From contig CBDCWC010000003.1 in the NCBI GenBank assembly GCA_965223295.1, forward strand, positions 1,248,001-1,312,000: 64,000 nucleotides of DNA, read 5' to 3'. This document shows, piece by piece, positions 51,766 through 61,046 of the stretch. The first letter of the stretch is position 1, and every line of letters starts with the position of its first letter. The notes beneath the pieces were generated by a model. The model searched no databases. It was given only the letters and a program-made list of their open reading frames with translations, and was not told the DNA's origin. This DNA comes from Nitrospirales bacterium (GTDB taxonomy: Bacteria; Nitrospirota; Nitrospiria; Nitrospirales; UBA8639). The position numbers and the translations under genes are program-made.

Positions 51766-53091
51766 TCACCCCTGAATCACTGCATTTTGATACACAAACT
51801 GTAAGGCCTTTTCGGATTTCATCCGTTCCCGAAATTCGTCCCGAGCACCTGGTCCACCGGCTTCGATCATGCGTTGAATCTCTTCCGCCGGGAGCTTTAA
51901 CGAGCCGGCAAGCTTTTGGATTTCGGCTTGGACTTCTTCATCAGAAACCTGGATACCTTCTTTTTCAGAAATGGCATCCAATATTAAACTCAGCTTCACG
52001 CGGCGCTTGGCTTCAGGATGTTCCTCCTGTTGTAGCCGTTTGGCTTCCTCCTGGAGGCGAAGTGGCTCCTCTAAGTCATCTTCCCGGTGAGAATGGCGCT
52101 GCTCTTTCATGAGTTTTTGCCGAACCAGTGTTTGCAACTCTCGTTCGATTAAGACTTCAGGAATGTCAAAATGATGCATTTGTAGTAACCGCTCGATGAC
52201 TTGATCTTTATAACCTTCTTCAAGATCCTGCTTCAAAACATTTTCCAACTGTGTGGTGACCGCCGTTTTCAGTTGTTCCAAAGACTCATAGTCCCCGCAG
52301 TCTTTCGCAAACTCATCGTCCAAATCTGGCAATTTTTGTTCTTTGACCGCATCAATCGTCACCTTTAATACCATGGTTTTTCCAGCGAGGTTGGCGTCTG
52401 GGTGATTGGCCGGATAGGGCTGCGGGATTTCAACGGTATCGCCAGCAGACTTGCCGACTAAGTGTGTATCGATTTCCACTCCGAGAATGGGAGTGTTCGA
52501 TCCGATTTGATGAAGATGCCCATTTTTCTGTGAACCTTCCACCGATTGATTGTCCACAAACCCTTCCATGGTAAGGACAGCATAAAGACCATCCTGAAGA
52601 CTCGTCCCTTCTGAAACTGCATCGACCTGTGCTTGTTGTTCGCGTAAGGTTTGCAAAGCTTTATCAATCTGGTCATCGGTGACAGTTCTCGGGTCTTTTT
52701 TTAAGGAAATAGGATTCGGTGGGCGGTAATCCCCTAATTTGATAGACGGTTTAATCTCCACGGTCGCTGTAAACGTAAATGCCGTATCGGGTTCTACTTT
52801 CATACGATCCAATGGTGGAATGTCCACAACCACCGGAACCACGCCTGATTCTTTGACCGCTCGCTGATAATAATCCGGCACTAACCGCTGGACCACGTCT
52901 TGTCCAACCATTTTTCCATAACGTTTTTGTAATAAATCAAGGGGTGCTTTCCCAGGCCGAAACCCGGGAATACGAACTTGCCGTTTGAGCTCGGCATACA
53001 CCTTTTTATACTCGCTTTTCACGACATCTTCCGGAACTTCGATTTTCAATGCCCGTTTCACAGGTCCGAGTTCTGTCATTTCTAATTTCAT
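51766..53091 (-). CDS. tig: trigger factor
   Basis: IPGFRPGKAP ribosome-binding motif; start at MKLEM (track extension overlaps the tRNA). Confidence 0.95.
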   Translation of the reverse strand: MKLEMTELGPVKRALKIEVPEDVVKSEYKKVYAELKRQVRIPGFRPGKAPLDLLQKRYGKMVGQDVVQRLVPDYYQRAVKESGVVPVVVDIPPLDRMKVEPDTAFTFTATVEIKPSIKLGDYRPPNPISLKKDPRTVTDDQIDKALQTLREQQAQVDAVSEGTSLQDGLYAVLTMEGFVDNQSVEGSQKNGHLHQIGSNTPILGVEIDTHLVGKSAGDTVEIPQPYPANHPDANLAGKTMVLKVTIDAVKEQKLPDLDDEFAKDCGDYESLEQLKTAVTTQLENVLKQDLEEGYKDQVIERLLQMHHFDIPEVLIERELQTLVRQKLMKEQRHSHREDDLEEPLRLQEEAKRLQQEEHPEAKRRVKLSLILDAISEKEGIQVSDEEVQAEIQKLAGSLKLPAEEIQRMIEAGGPGARDEFRERMKSEKALQFVYQNAVIQG

Positions 53092-53145
53092 ACGTTGAAC
53101 ATTCCTTGTGTTAAGAAATCCGATTAGGGAAAAAATATATATAAA

Positions 53146-53228
53146 TGGTGCGAGAGGGGGGACTTGAACCCCCACGGTTACCCACAAGATCCTAAGTCTT
53201 GCGCGTCTGCCAGTTCCGCCACTCTCGC
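53146..53228 (-). tRNA. tRNA-Leu (anticodon TAG)
   Basis: GCGAGAG/CTCTCGC acceptor, CAAGA-CTTAGGA-TCTTG anticodon arm, variable arm, TTCAAGT T-loop, CCA end. Confidence 0.97.
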
Positions 53229-53458
53229 GCAGCTCATGCTTAGACAACAAGAGATAACAAACATGTCTTTCTCTCTGTCGGCCTCGGATCCTTCACCAGT
53301 CGACAGTGAGGATCAAACCCCTCCATTATAAAAGGTCTTTCTCTTACAGGCCATCCCCAAAAGAAGGCGAAGAACGAACAGGGGCCGATGGAACACATCT
53401 CACTATGGTGCCAGTACCCCCTTGATAGACCTTCACCATTGGGGTAAGGTAGGAAAAG

Positions 53459-53704
53459 ATGGCACTGAAACAGCTCTATAAAGATATTTACCAGAAATTT
53501 CTGGAAAAGAAAGATACTCATCAAGGATACGACTTCCAGCATTCTCCTGTGGGATCGGCTACACCCCCAGCGCCAACCTTTGTAGAAAAGTTAAAGCCGT
53601 GGACGTGGAACCGCCCGAGCCGGCTTAAGAAGATCAGAAAGGACCGCGATCAGCGCCAACAGGACATCGTGAATTTACATTCCCCGCCCCCTGCAAAACC
53701 ATAA
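53459..53704 (+). CDS. hypothetical protein
   Basis: 81 aa ORF with AGGA RBS, co-oriented with the next gene. Confidence 0.55.
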   Translation: MALKQLYKDIYQKFLEKKDTHQGYDFQHSPVGSATPPAPTFVEKLKPWTWNRPSRLKKIRKDRDQRQQDIVNLHSPPPAKP

Positions 53705-53728
53705 CAACAGCAGAGCGTTTCCCCCTTC

Positions 53729-54535
53729 ATGCCGGGCTTTTTTCACGCAACCGTTCGACTCTATCACCAATCCCTGCTTGCAGCTCTGCAGTCACTTCAG
53801 CAGAGTTGGATCCTTATTCCTGTCCTGTTGGTGTTCACACTTGGCTTTGTGTTGGTCACCTCACTCATCGCTCCGATGGGAATGGTGGGGGGATTGCTGC
53901 TCGGGGCCGCCAATGCGTTAATTATCGGCTCCACGCTCAGCCTCACCGAAGAAGCTGTTTGTGGTGGAAGACGTTTGCAATGGCAGGATGTTCCTCAGAG
54001 CCTGGGGCAATACTTTTGGGATGTGATCTCTGTAGGATTTCTGGTGTGGTTTCCCTTGCTCTTTCTCGAAATGGGTCTGCAAGCAAACCCTTATCAGCCT
54101 CTGATCGCCTCAGCCGTCTTTTTTCTCATGTTCCTGCTGTTAAACCCAGTCCCTGAAATCATTTATCAAAGCCGAAAAGGATCTGCTTTTGAAATCGTTC
54201 AGGAAAGCTATGAATTTGTCTTGGAAAATTGGATTGAATGGTTTTTGCCGGTCGCGATTGTTCTGGCTCCCTTTGGACTTTCCTTTTTTGGTCAAATTTC
54301 AAGCCAAGCTGGACGCCGAGGTGGCCTAGATTTCTGGTCTCTTATCACCCTACCATTTTCCATCTTGTCTCAATGGCTTTCCCTACTGGGACTTTCCTCT
54401 GAAACCAGTTTTTTTATCGTCCTGATCTTTACCCCCATTGCGGCGGTCTTCACACTACTCTTTCGTGGCCATTTGTTTGCGGCTCTTCATGGATCATCGC
54501 GACGCCAACGAATGTTTCAAAACAGAATGCAATAG
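53729..54535 (+). CDS. multi-pass membrane hypothetical protein
   Basis: 268 aa, about 6 TM helices, NPVPEIIY and ENWIEWF motifs. Confidence 0.8.
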   Translation: MPGFFHATVRLYHQSLLAALQSLQQSWILIPVLLVFTLGFVLVTSLIAPMGMVGGLLLGAANALIIGSTLSLTEEAVCGGRRLQWQDVPQSLGQYFWDVISVGFLVWFPLLFLEMGLQANPYQPLIASAVFFLMFLLLNPVPEIIYQSRKGSAFEIVQESYEFVLENWIEWFLPVAIVLAPFGLSFFGQISSQAGRRGGLDFWSLITLPFSILSQWLSLLGLSSETSFFIVLIFTPIAAVFTLLFRGHLFAALHGSSRRQRMFQNRMQ

Positions 54536-54720
54536 GAGGGCGGGGGGTAACAAAATTAGGGTTCAGAATGGGAACGAGGGACTCTCTTTCTTGGTATTTG
54601 CTTTACCCCCGAATTTGCTTGTCGCCTTTTCTACCCCATGGTAATATGCCGAACCTTAAACGAGTATTATTCTGTATTGCATATTTACACCTAAGTGATA
54701 TTAACAGACTAAGCATTACG

Positions 54721-54809
54721 GAGAGGTGCGAGAGTGGCCGAATCGGCGTGATTGGAAATCACGTGTGCCGGCAACGGTACCGTGGGTTCGAACCCCACCC
54801 TCTCCGCCA
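54721..54809 (+). tRNA. tRNA-Ser (anticodon GGA)
   Basis: GGAGAGG/CCTCTCC acceptor, CGTGA-TTGGAAA-TCACG, long variable arm, GTTCGAA, GCCA end. Confidence 0.97.
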
Positions 54810-54892
54810 TAATGTTTGTCAGAGTAAATTAGTCTAAATGTACTAATTTTCTTTGGAAATCGAACGGAGGATTATTTCCTGGTTATAAATTC

Positions 54893-55231
54893 ATGAAAGA
54901 ATATTTAGTTCTGATTAATGGGGGACAAACTGCGCAAGACAAGATGGCCGAATCAACAAAGCAAGAATACTACGAGAAGTGGGCTAAATTTTTGGACTAT
55001 CTAAAAGAAAAAAATATTTTTGTGAACGGAAACCCCTTGGAAAGAAAAGGAAAAGTCATTTCCAGGATGTTTGACAATCAATCAGATTGGAAATTTGAGA
55101 CAGATGTTTCGACTGGTGGCTATTTCGTTATTCTCGCAGGAAGCTTAGAGGAAGCTGTTTCACATTTTAAAACCTGTCCGGTCTACGAAACAGGTGGGAC
55201 GGTGGTCATTCGGCCGAGTGAAGAAATGTAG
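54893..55231 (+). CDS. YciI/DGPF family protein
   Basis: GNPL, GGYFVI.A.SLEEA....K.CP....GG.V.IRP. Confidence 0.8.
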   Translation: MKEYLVLINGGQTAQDKMAESTKQEYYEKWAKFLDYLKEKNIFVNGNPLERKGKVISRMFDNQSDWKFETDVSTGGYFVILAGSLEEAVSHFKTCPVYETGGTVVIRPSEEM

Positions 55232-55302
55232 GCCATGCCATTATATAAACAGACTGAAAAAAGGCAGATTCATAATATTATCGAAAATCGATCGTTGATT
55301 TA

Positions 55303-55403
55303 GGGGCTGGGCCCTGTGCAACAAAATCCTGCGAACTCCGCCAGGTCCGGAAGGAAGCAACGGTAAGTGGGCGAGTTTGTGTGCCGCAGGATCACCTGGC
55401 CCC
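55303..55403 (+). ncRNA. ffs: signal recognition particle 4.5S RNA
   Basis: CAGGTCCGGAAGGAAGCAACGG domain IV motif, GGGGCTGGG/CCTGGCCCC closing stem, upstream of dnaX. Confidence 0.95.
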
Positions 55404-55530
55404 GACTTTTTTAGTGAGAGGTAAGGCGTAAGACGTCAGTGGCCAGAAGAAAAACCGCTAGGTTCTTTCCCGTCTTTGTCCTGACTCCTTACTAAAAAAC
55501 CGCCTTATCATCTTCGAACGGCTTTTTCAC

Positions 55531-57366
55531 ATGGAATTCCAAGTTTCTGCTCGCAAATACCGTCCAACCACCTTCGAAGAAGTGATGGGGCAACCCCATG
55601 TGGTACAGACACTGACCAATGCCATCGCCCGCCAACGAGTGGCTCATGCCTATGTGTTTTCCGGGATGCGCGGGGTGGGGAAAACCACTGTCGCCCGCAT
55701 CCTGGCTAAGTCGCTCAATTGCGAGAAAGGCCCAACCAGTCAGCCTTGTGGCGCCTGTCCGAGCTGTGTGGAAATTACTCGGGGTAGTTCCGTCGATGTG
55801 ATCGAAATAGACGGCGCGTCAAATACAGGTGTGGACGATGTGCGTGAACTGCGGGAAAATGTGAAATTTGCGCCCTTTCATGGCTCCTATCGTGTCTACA
55901 TCATTGACGAAGTCCATATGCTGTCCAACTCGGCATTCAATGCGCTGCTCAAAATATTAGAAGAACCTCCAAGCCATGCGGTCTTTATTTTTGCCACGAC
56001 AGAAGTGCACAAAATTCCTGCCACTATATTGTCACGCTGCCAACACTTTACCTTTCGCAGGATTTCCCGGTTAGAAATTATTTCGCAATTGCGTCATGTG
56101 GCGACCCAAGCTGGTGTGGCTGTAGAGGATCGTAGTTTATCTGTGTTGGCAAGAGCCAGCGAAGGGAGCATGCGGGACGCACTGAGCCTTCTGGATCAAG
56201 CGGTCTCATTCGGTGGGGAAACACTGCAGCATGGAGATTTAGAGGCGCTCATCGGCTCTGTCCCAGATGAACTGGTTCGACAAATGATTGAGGCCATCTT
56301 AGCTCATCAGGCGGCTCAAGCGATGACGCTTATTGGAGAAGTGATTGATCAAGGATTTGATGCCCGCGTGTATTGCCGCGAGATCCTAGAACGGTTCCGG
56401 AACCTTCTGGTGGCCTGCGTCATACCCTCAGCTCAACAGGCCATCAATCTGTTGGAATTGGGTGAAGAAGAAGGCAGGCAAATCATTGAGCAGGCCAAGC
56501 CATGTTCGGAACCCTATTTACAGGCTCTTTTTGCCATATTCTCTCGCACCGAAGACAGTCTTCGCGGAAGTTCCCATCCTCGCTTTCTCATCGAAGCGGC
56601 CGTCGTTCGGGCAGCGCTTGTTGATCCGAATCGTCCTCTTGTCGCAAATGCGGAACCAGCTGCTGCTATGAAACCTCAACCACTACAGAAGCCGAAAACA
56701 TCCGCTACGCTTCCTTCAGTTGGTCAAATGGCTTCTCAGGTCTCACTTACTCCACCGCCTGTTGAAAAATCCCGTACGTTTCAGAAAGCACCCGAACGGA
56801 GCGCACCCTCTATTGGCGCAGCGGCAATGCCTCCTTCCGTGTCTCCGTCAGTAAAGGAGAAGGCCCGTCCTCCACAGCCCGTCAGTCCTCAATCTGAAGA
56901 ATCCCAGCAGTCATTGTCGGGGCCAACGACTTTGGCTTCAAATCAGACAGGGACATTAAACTGGGAACTCGTGGTGAATCGCATGATGACAGACCATCCC
57001 AATATCGGCAGTTTTTTAGAGAAAGGGAGTGTGGTCACGCTGGCATCCGATCATGTCGTGGTTGGCTACCCCAAAAGAGATGCCATTGCCCGATGGCGAA
57101 CGGACAAGCCCGAAAATCGCGCACTCATTGCCAAGGTTTGCGAAGAAATTGCAGGATGTCCCATACGAGTTCAAGTGATTGAATTACAAGATGGACAAAC
57201 CCGTCCTCCATCGATGGGTGAGCTGCGTGCAAAAAAAAAACGAGAAGATGATCAAGATCTGATGCAGCAAGTGAAAGCTCATCCGCTCGTCAAGGAAGCG
57301 TTGGAATTATTCGGTGGGGAATTGGCGTCAGCCCAACGAAATCCCCAAAAAGAGGAGGCCAAGTAA
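55531..57366 (+). CDS. dnaX: DNA polymerase III subunit gamma/tau
   Basis: ARKYRP, GMRGVGKT, DEVHMLS, SRC, Pro-rich linker. Confidence 0.96.
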   Translation: MEFQVSARKYRPTTFEEVMGQPHVVQTLTNAIARQRVAHAYVFSGMRGVGKTTVARILAKSLNCEKGPTSQPCGACPSCVEITRGSSVDVIEIDGASNTGVDDVRELRENVKFAPFHGSYRVYIIDEVHMLSNSAFNALLKILEEPPSHAVFIFATTEVHKIPATILSRCQHFTFRRISRLEIISQLRHVATQAGVAVEDRSLSVLARASEGSMRDALSLLDQAVSFGGETLQHGDLEALIGSVPDELVRQMIEAILAHQAAQAMTLIGEVIDQGFDARVYCREILERFRNLLVACVIPSAQQAINLLELGEEEGRQIIEQAKPCSEPYLQALFAIFSRTEDSLRGSSHPRFLIEAAVVRAALVDPNRPLVANAEPAAAMKPQPLQKPKTSATLPSVGQMASQVSLTPPPVEKSRTFQKAPERSAPSIGAAAMPPSVSPSVKEKARPPQPVSPQSEESQQSLSGPTTLASNQTGTLNWELVVNRMMTDHPNIGSFLEKGSVVTLASDHVVVGYPKRDAIARWRTDKPENRALIAKVCEEIAGCPIRVQVIELQDGQTRPPSMGELRAKKKREDDQDLMQQVKAHPLVKEALELFGGELASAQRNPQKEEAK

Positions 57367-57692
57367 TGTCGAAAAATCCTTTTGCCAACATGGGTAATTT
57401 ACTCAAACAGGCCCAAGAGATGCAGTCGAAAATGGGGAAAATTCAGGAGGAAGCGGCGACGAAAACCGTCGAAGCCTCAACGGGTGGAGGAATGGTTACG
57501 GTTCAAGCCAACGGCGCGATGCAGATTACCAATATCACAATCGATTCTGAAGTACTGAAGTCAGGGGATGCGGATATGCTGAAAGATCTTCTCATCTCTG
57601 CAACCAACGAAGCTCTTCGCAAAGCCAAAGAACTGATGGCAGATGAAATGAAATCCCTCACGGGCGGGCTGGGTATTCCCGGCATGTTTTAA
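57366..57692 (+). CDS. ybaB: YbaB/EbfC nucleoid-associated protein
   Basis: LKQAQEMQ, GGGMVTV, DLLISA.NEA; between dnaX and recR. Confidence 0.93.
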   Translation: MSKNPFANMGNLLKQAQEMQSKMGKIQEEAATKTVEASTGGGMVTVQANGAMQITNITIDSEVLKSGDADMLKDLLISATNEALRKAKELMADEMKSLTGGLGIPGMF

Positions 57693-57712
57693 AAACACCA
57701 AATTTGCACATC

Positions 57713-58351
57713 ATGGCAGATAGCAGCATACCAACATCATCCAAATCGAATGGACAGCCTCAAGGGCTGCTTATGCGTCTTACCAGAGAGCTGGTGCGCC
57801 TGCCAGGTATTGGGCAAAAAACCGCCCAGCGGTTGGCCTTTCATCTTATGAAAACAGAGACAGAAGAAGCTCTTCGTTTAGCTGAAGCCATCCGGGAGGT
57901 GAAGGAGAAAATTACCTTCTGTACGCAATGCCGAAATATTGCCGAAGGTCCTCTCTGTGCTATTTGTTTGGACCCCAAACGAGACACGACCAGCATCTTA
58001 GTGGTAGAGGAACCCAGTACACTTCATGCGATTGAACAAAGCCGCGCGTTCCGTGGATTGTATCATGTGCTCTATGGGGCGCTCTCGCCTCTAGATGGTG
58101 TTGGCCCTGCAGACATCCGCACTCATGATTTAGAGAACCGCGTGCAGCAGGGAGGCATTACAGAAGTGATCGTGGCAACGAATCCTACGATTGAGGGAGA
58201 AGCGACTGCGATTTATTTGACCAAACGCCTAAAGCCCCTCGGTGTAAAAGTATCTCGCATTGCCTATGGCATTCCCGTCGGGATGGACATTGAATACGCC
58301 GACGAAGTCACCCTCCTCAAATCAATCGAAGGCCGCCGCGACTTAGGTTAA
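57713..58351 (+). CDS. recR: recombination mediator RecR
   Basis: LPGIGQKTAQRLA HhH, C4 Zn finger, Toprim ATNPTIEGEATA. Confidence 0.96.
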   Translation: MADSSIPTSSKSNGQPQGLLMRLTRELVRLPGIGQKTAQRLAFHLMKTETEEALRLAEAIREVKEKITFCTQCRNIAEGPLCAICLDPKRDTTSILVVEEPSTLHAIEQSRAFRGLYHVLYGALSPLDGVGPADIRTHDLENRVQQGGITEVIVATNPTIEGEATAIYLTKRLKPLGVKVSRIAYGIPVGMDIEYADEVTLLKSIEGRRDLG

Positions 58352-58370
58352 GCGTCCGTTCAACAATCTT

Positions 58371-58560
58371 GGGTCTGTTGAAAAAAGCCGTCAGCGGCGT
58401 TCTCGCCATTTTTCCATGCTCACATAATGCCAGTATGCTCCGCGCGCAACAATGGCTGCGGCCTTGCTGATCGGACTTTTTGACCCGACCCGAAGCTAAT
58501 GACCTCCAACGTCTTCCTGGCGAAACATGGTCTTCAGTATCCTCATTATTCAACGCTCTC
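58371..58560 (-). mobile_element. MITE-like repeat, copy 5 (190 bp)
   Basis: GGGTCTGTTGAAAAAA...TTATTCAACGCTCTC; ATCTT direct repeat on both flanks (58366-58370, 58561-58565). Confidence 0.85.
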
Positions 58561-58647
58561 ATCTTAGGAATCACAACACGATGAAGAAACAAAAAACCGT
58601 TTGAGTCCAAGCTTCTTGCCCAAAAGCAAGCAAACGGTCCTTTGTTG

Positions 58648-59436
58648 CTAGCGTCTGGCTTGTTGTTCTAGGGCCTGGAATTGGGCAGGGAAGATGCCAA
58701 GCCAAAATCCAATCTGTTGAATTTCTTCACGCCAGTGATGTTCGTAACTTCCTTCCTTCATGGCAAATTTCACTAGGCCCGCGAGCAATTTATTGACTTT
58801 GGGTTCAGCCAGGTTTTCGGCAAAGAGTTTAGGAATCATTAACCCTTGCGATAAACGGAGAAGATTGTCTTTCTCCTGAGCAGGAATGCCTAAATGATGA
58901 AGTGCAGCTCGTAGGCGCGAAAAATCTCTATCATGGTCACGACCTATCGCACAGGCAAAGAGCCCACCGATATTGTAACGTTCCGTCGGTGAAAGTTGGG
59001 ACTCTTTTGATTTTTCTATGCGTTGAGCACGAGGAGCCGATGGGGTTCTGGGATTTTTTAATGGTTTTCTGGTTGGAGTAGGCTGGCGTTTAGTCTTAGA
59101 GGCAGCAATTTTCTTTTTTCGAATACCCTGGTTTAGCTTAACGGGTTTCTTGGCTTTTGGCTTAGAAGCCGTCTTCACGACTTTCTTTTTCGGGGCTGAC
59201 TTTTTTTTCTTTGAAGAAGTTTTTTGAGCTGCTGTTTTCTTTTTCCTGATAATAGCCTTAGCACTTGTTTTTTTCTTGGCCGATGCTTTAGGCACTTTGG
59301 CTTTATTTTTTTTCGTAGCGGATTTAGATGATAGTTTGGTGGTGCCTTTTTTGGTGGTTATCTTTTTCTTTGGAGCCGATTTTTTCTTGAGGGTTTTTTT
59401 GGTCGAGGTATTTCGAACAGGTTTCTTTGAAGCCAT
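58648..59436 (-). CDS. Lys-rich (histone H1-like) N-terminus fused to a helical C-terminal domain
   Basis: About 140 aa K/A/T/S/P-rich segment followed by an ordinary globular segment; AAGGA RBS. Confidence 0.75.
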   Translation of the reverse strand: MASKKPVRNTSTKKTLKKKSAPKKKITTKKGTTKLSSKSATKKNKAKVPKASAKKKTSAKAIIRKKKTAAQKTSSKKKKSAPKKKVVKTASKPKAKKPVKLNQGIRKKKIAASKTKRQPTPTRKPLKNPRTPSAPRAQRIEKSKESQLSPTERYNIGGLFACAIGRDHDRDFSRLRAALHHLGIPAQEKDNLLRLSQGLMIPKLFAENLAEPKVNKLLAGLVKFAMKEGSYEHHWREEIQQIGFWLGIFPAQFQALEQQARR

Positions 59437-59734
59437 TCACGATCCTTTCTATTTGAATAAACCGATACTTATTCTAGGGCAAAGGAGTTGAGACAAAATG
59501 ATAGCGTGTCTCACGTTTCTCAGCAAGAGAAATTGAAGACTTCTTTATGGTCTTCTCAAAAAATCCAAATGAAAACGAGGCCAAAGGGACAGATGATTGT
59601 CAGCCGGTGGATCAAACGTTGCTTGGTGGGAGGTTATAATGGTCGTTCAGCGCAGCCGCAGCAAACGAGGGGGAGAAACGTACATCGAGTCTCTGAGTAA
59701 GCGAGAACCATGCTGACCACCATTCCCCTAATTG

Positions 59735-60331
59735 CTATGGAGAGACACCGCTTTTTAGGACAATTTCGCAAATATGATCCAGGCGTTCAACATGTTCATA
59801 GGCTGACCAGGGGTCAGGCGCCATGGAACACACGCCATGGTTGGCTTGTCCGACGATATCAAAATCTCCAACTGGGTTGGTGTCTGTCACTCCTAAGGCG
59901 AGTGCAGTAGCCTTGCCTAACTCTGTACTTACCGCTGGCAGGGTTGGAACAGTGGGGCCAATCCTCGTGTAGCGGTAGATTTCCGGAAAGTCGGCGCAGA
60001 TTTTTTGAAGGTCAAAACCTCGATAGATGGCGGCCACAACATTGGTGGCGTGAACATGAACGACGGCTCTGGTTCGGCTCATGCCTTTAGTGAGTAGATA
60101 ATGCATATGCAACTCGCCTGAGGGTTTGGTTCCCGGCGGCACCTCCATCGTTCCATTCTTGATGCGTATTTTGACCATATGCTCAGGATGGATGATAGTT
60201 TTTCGCCATCCTGATGGCGTGATCGATAGATAAATGCTGCGTGCTCTCCGAAGGCTACAATTTCCATCCCGGCTGGTAATCCAGCCTCGGTCATAACATC
60301 GTCGTAACACATCCCCAATAGCTGTAATCAT
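59735..60331 (-). CDS. class II aldolase/adducin family protein
   Basis: GN.S, TPSG, PSGELHMH, HVH, NHG metal ligands. Confidence 0.88.
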   Translation of the reverse strand: MITAIGDVLRRCYDRGWITSRDGNCSLRRARSIYLSITPSGWRKTIIHPEHMVKIRIKNGTMEVPPGTKPSGELHMHYLLTKGMSRTRAVVHVHATNVVAAIYRGFDLQKICADFPEIYRYTRIGPTVPTLPAVSTELGKATALALGVTDTNPVGDFDIVGQANHGVCSMAPDPWSAYEHVERLDHICEIVLKSGVSP

Positions 60332-60501
60332 ATGATTTTCTCTCCCGTGTGACGGTTAACCTCTATTTCCCCAAGTGTACCATTCCCCAGCTCTTTCGTC
60401 TCACCCTATCGCATATAGCAGTTCTGGGAGTACGATGCATATAACAGTTGTTCTAAAAATTTTTGGCAAGTTAGCCTGTGTATGAAAAAGGAGGTTGTGT
60501 C

Positions 60502-60972
60502 ATGATTATTCACACGATAAACAGATTTCGGTTGGTGTTGCTAGTCTTAGGGTTTTTGACTCCAGGGATGCTGCTCTTCACGCTGCCAGGTTTGGTTCTG
60601 GCTGATTCTGAAAAGACCAAAGTCTTGTACCATGTGGATGGCAAGGATCCAGATGTGGCCAAGTATGCAATGGCGCTTATCAACAAACATATTGAAGCAG
60701 AGGGAGGGCCGGACAAGATTGACATCGTCCTTGTTGTGCATGGCCCAGCATTGAAATTGTTTGAAAAAGAAACCGTGGACCCTGCGCTGCGTGATAAATT
60801 GAAAGTCATCATTGATAAAGGCGCACAAGCGGAAATGTGTCAGGTGTCCATGAAACTCTTTGGTACGCCTTTGGAAAAATTAGTGGCGGGGTTCAAGCCC
60901 ACTGAGCATCCTGTGGCCGTCAAACGTATCGCGGACTTGCAAAAGGAAGGCTACCTGTATATCAAACCATGA
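60502..60972 (+). CDS. exported DsrE/DsrF-like protein
   Basis: KVLYHV, VVHGPA, conserved Cys (EMCQVSM), LQKEGYLYIKP; signal peptide; AAGGAGG RBS. Confidence 0.82.
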   Translation: MIIHTINRFRLVLLVLGFLTPGMLLFTLPGLVLADSEKTKVLYHVDGKDPDVAKYAMALINKHIEAEGGPDKIDIVLVVHGPALKLFEKETVDPALRDKLKVIIDKGAQAEMCQVSMKLFGTPLEKLVAGFKPTEHPVAVKRIADLQKEGYLYIKP

Positions 60973-61046
60973 GAGGTGTTGAACGGACCTATGACCAGTG
61001 GTTGAGAGAGAGCATGCTGGAAAGGGTTTCCGCATTTTCTAGTACA

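Noticed and set aside
53092-53250. N-terminal extension of trigger factor in the ORF track
   Set aside because: It overlaps tRNA-Leu on the same strand; the real start is ATG 53091 with an AAGGA RBS
54568-54837. 89-aa ORF
   Set aside because: Spans tRNA-Ser; spurious
54721-55300. Integrative element at tRNA-Ser
   Set aside because: No integrase and no duplicated tRNA 3' end
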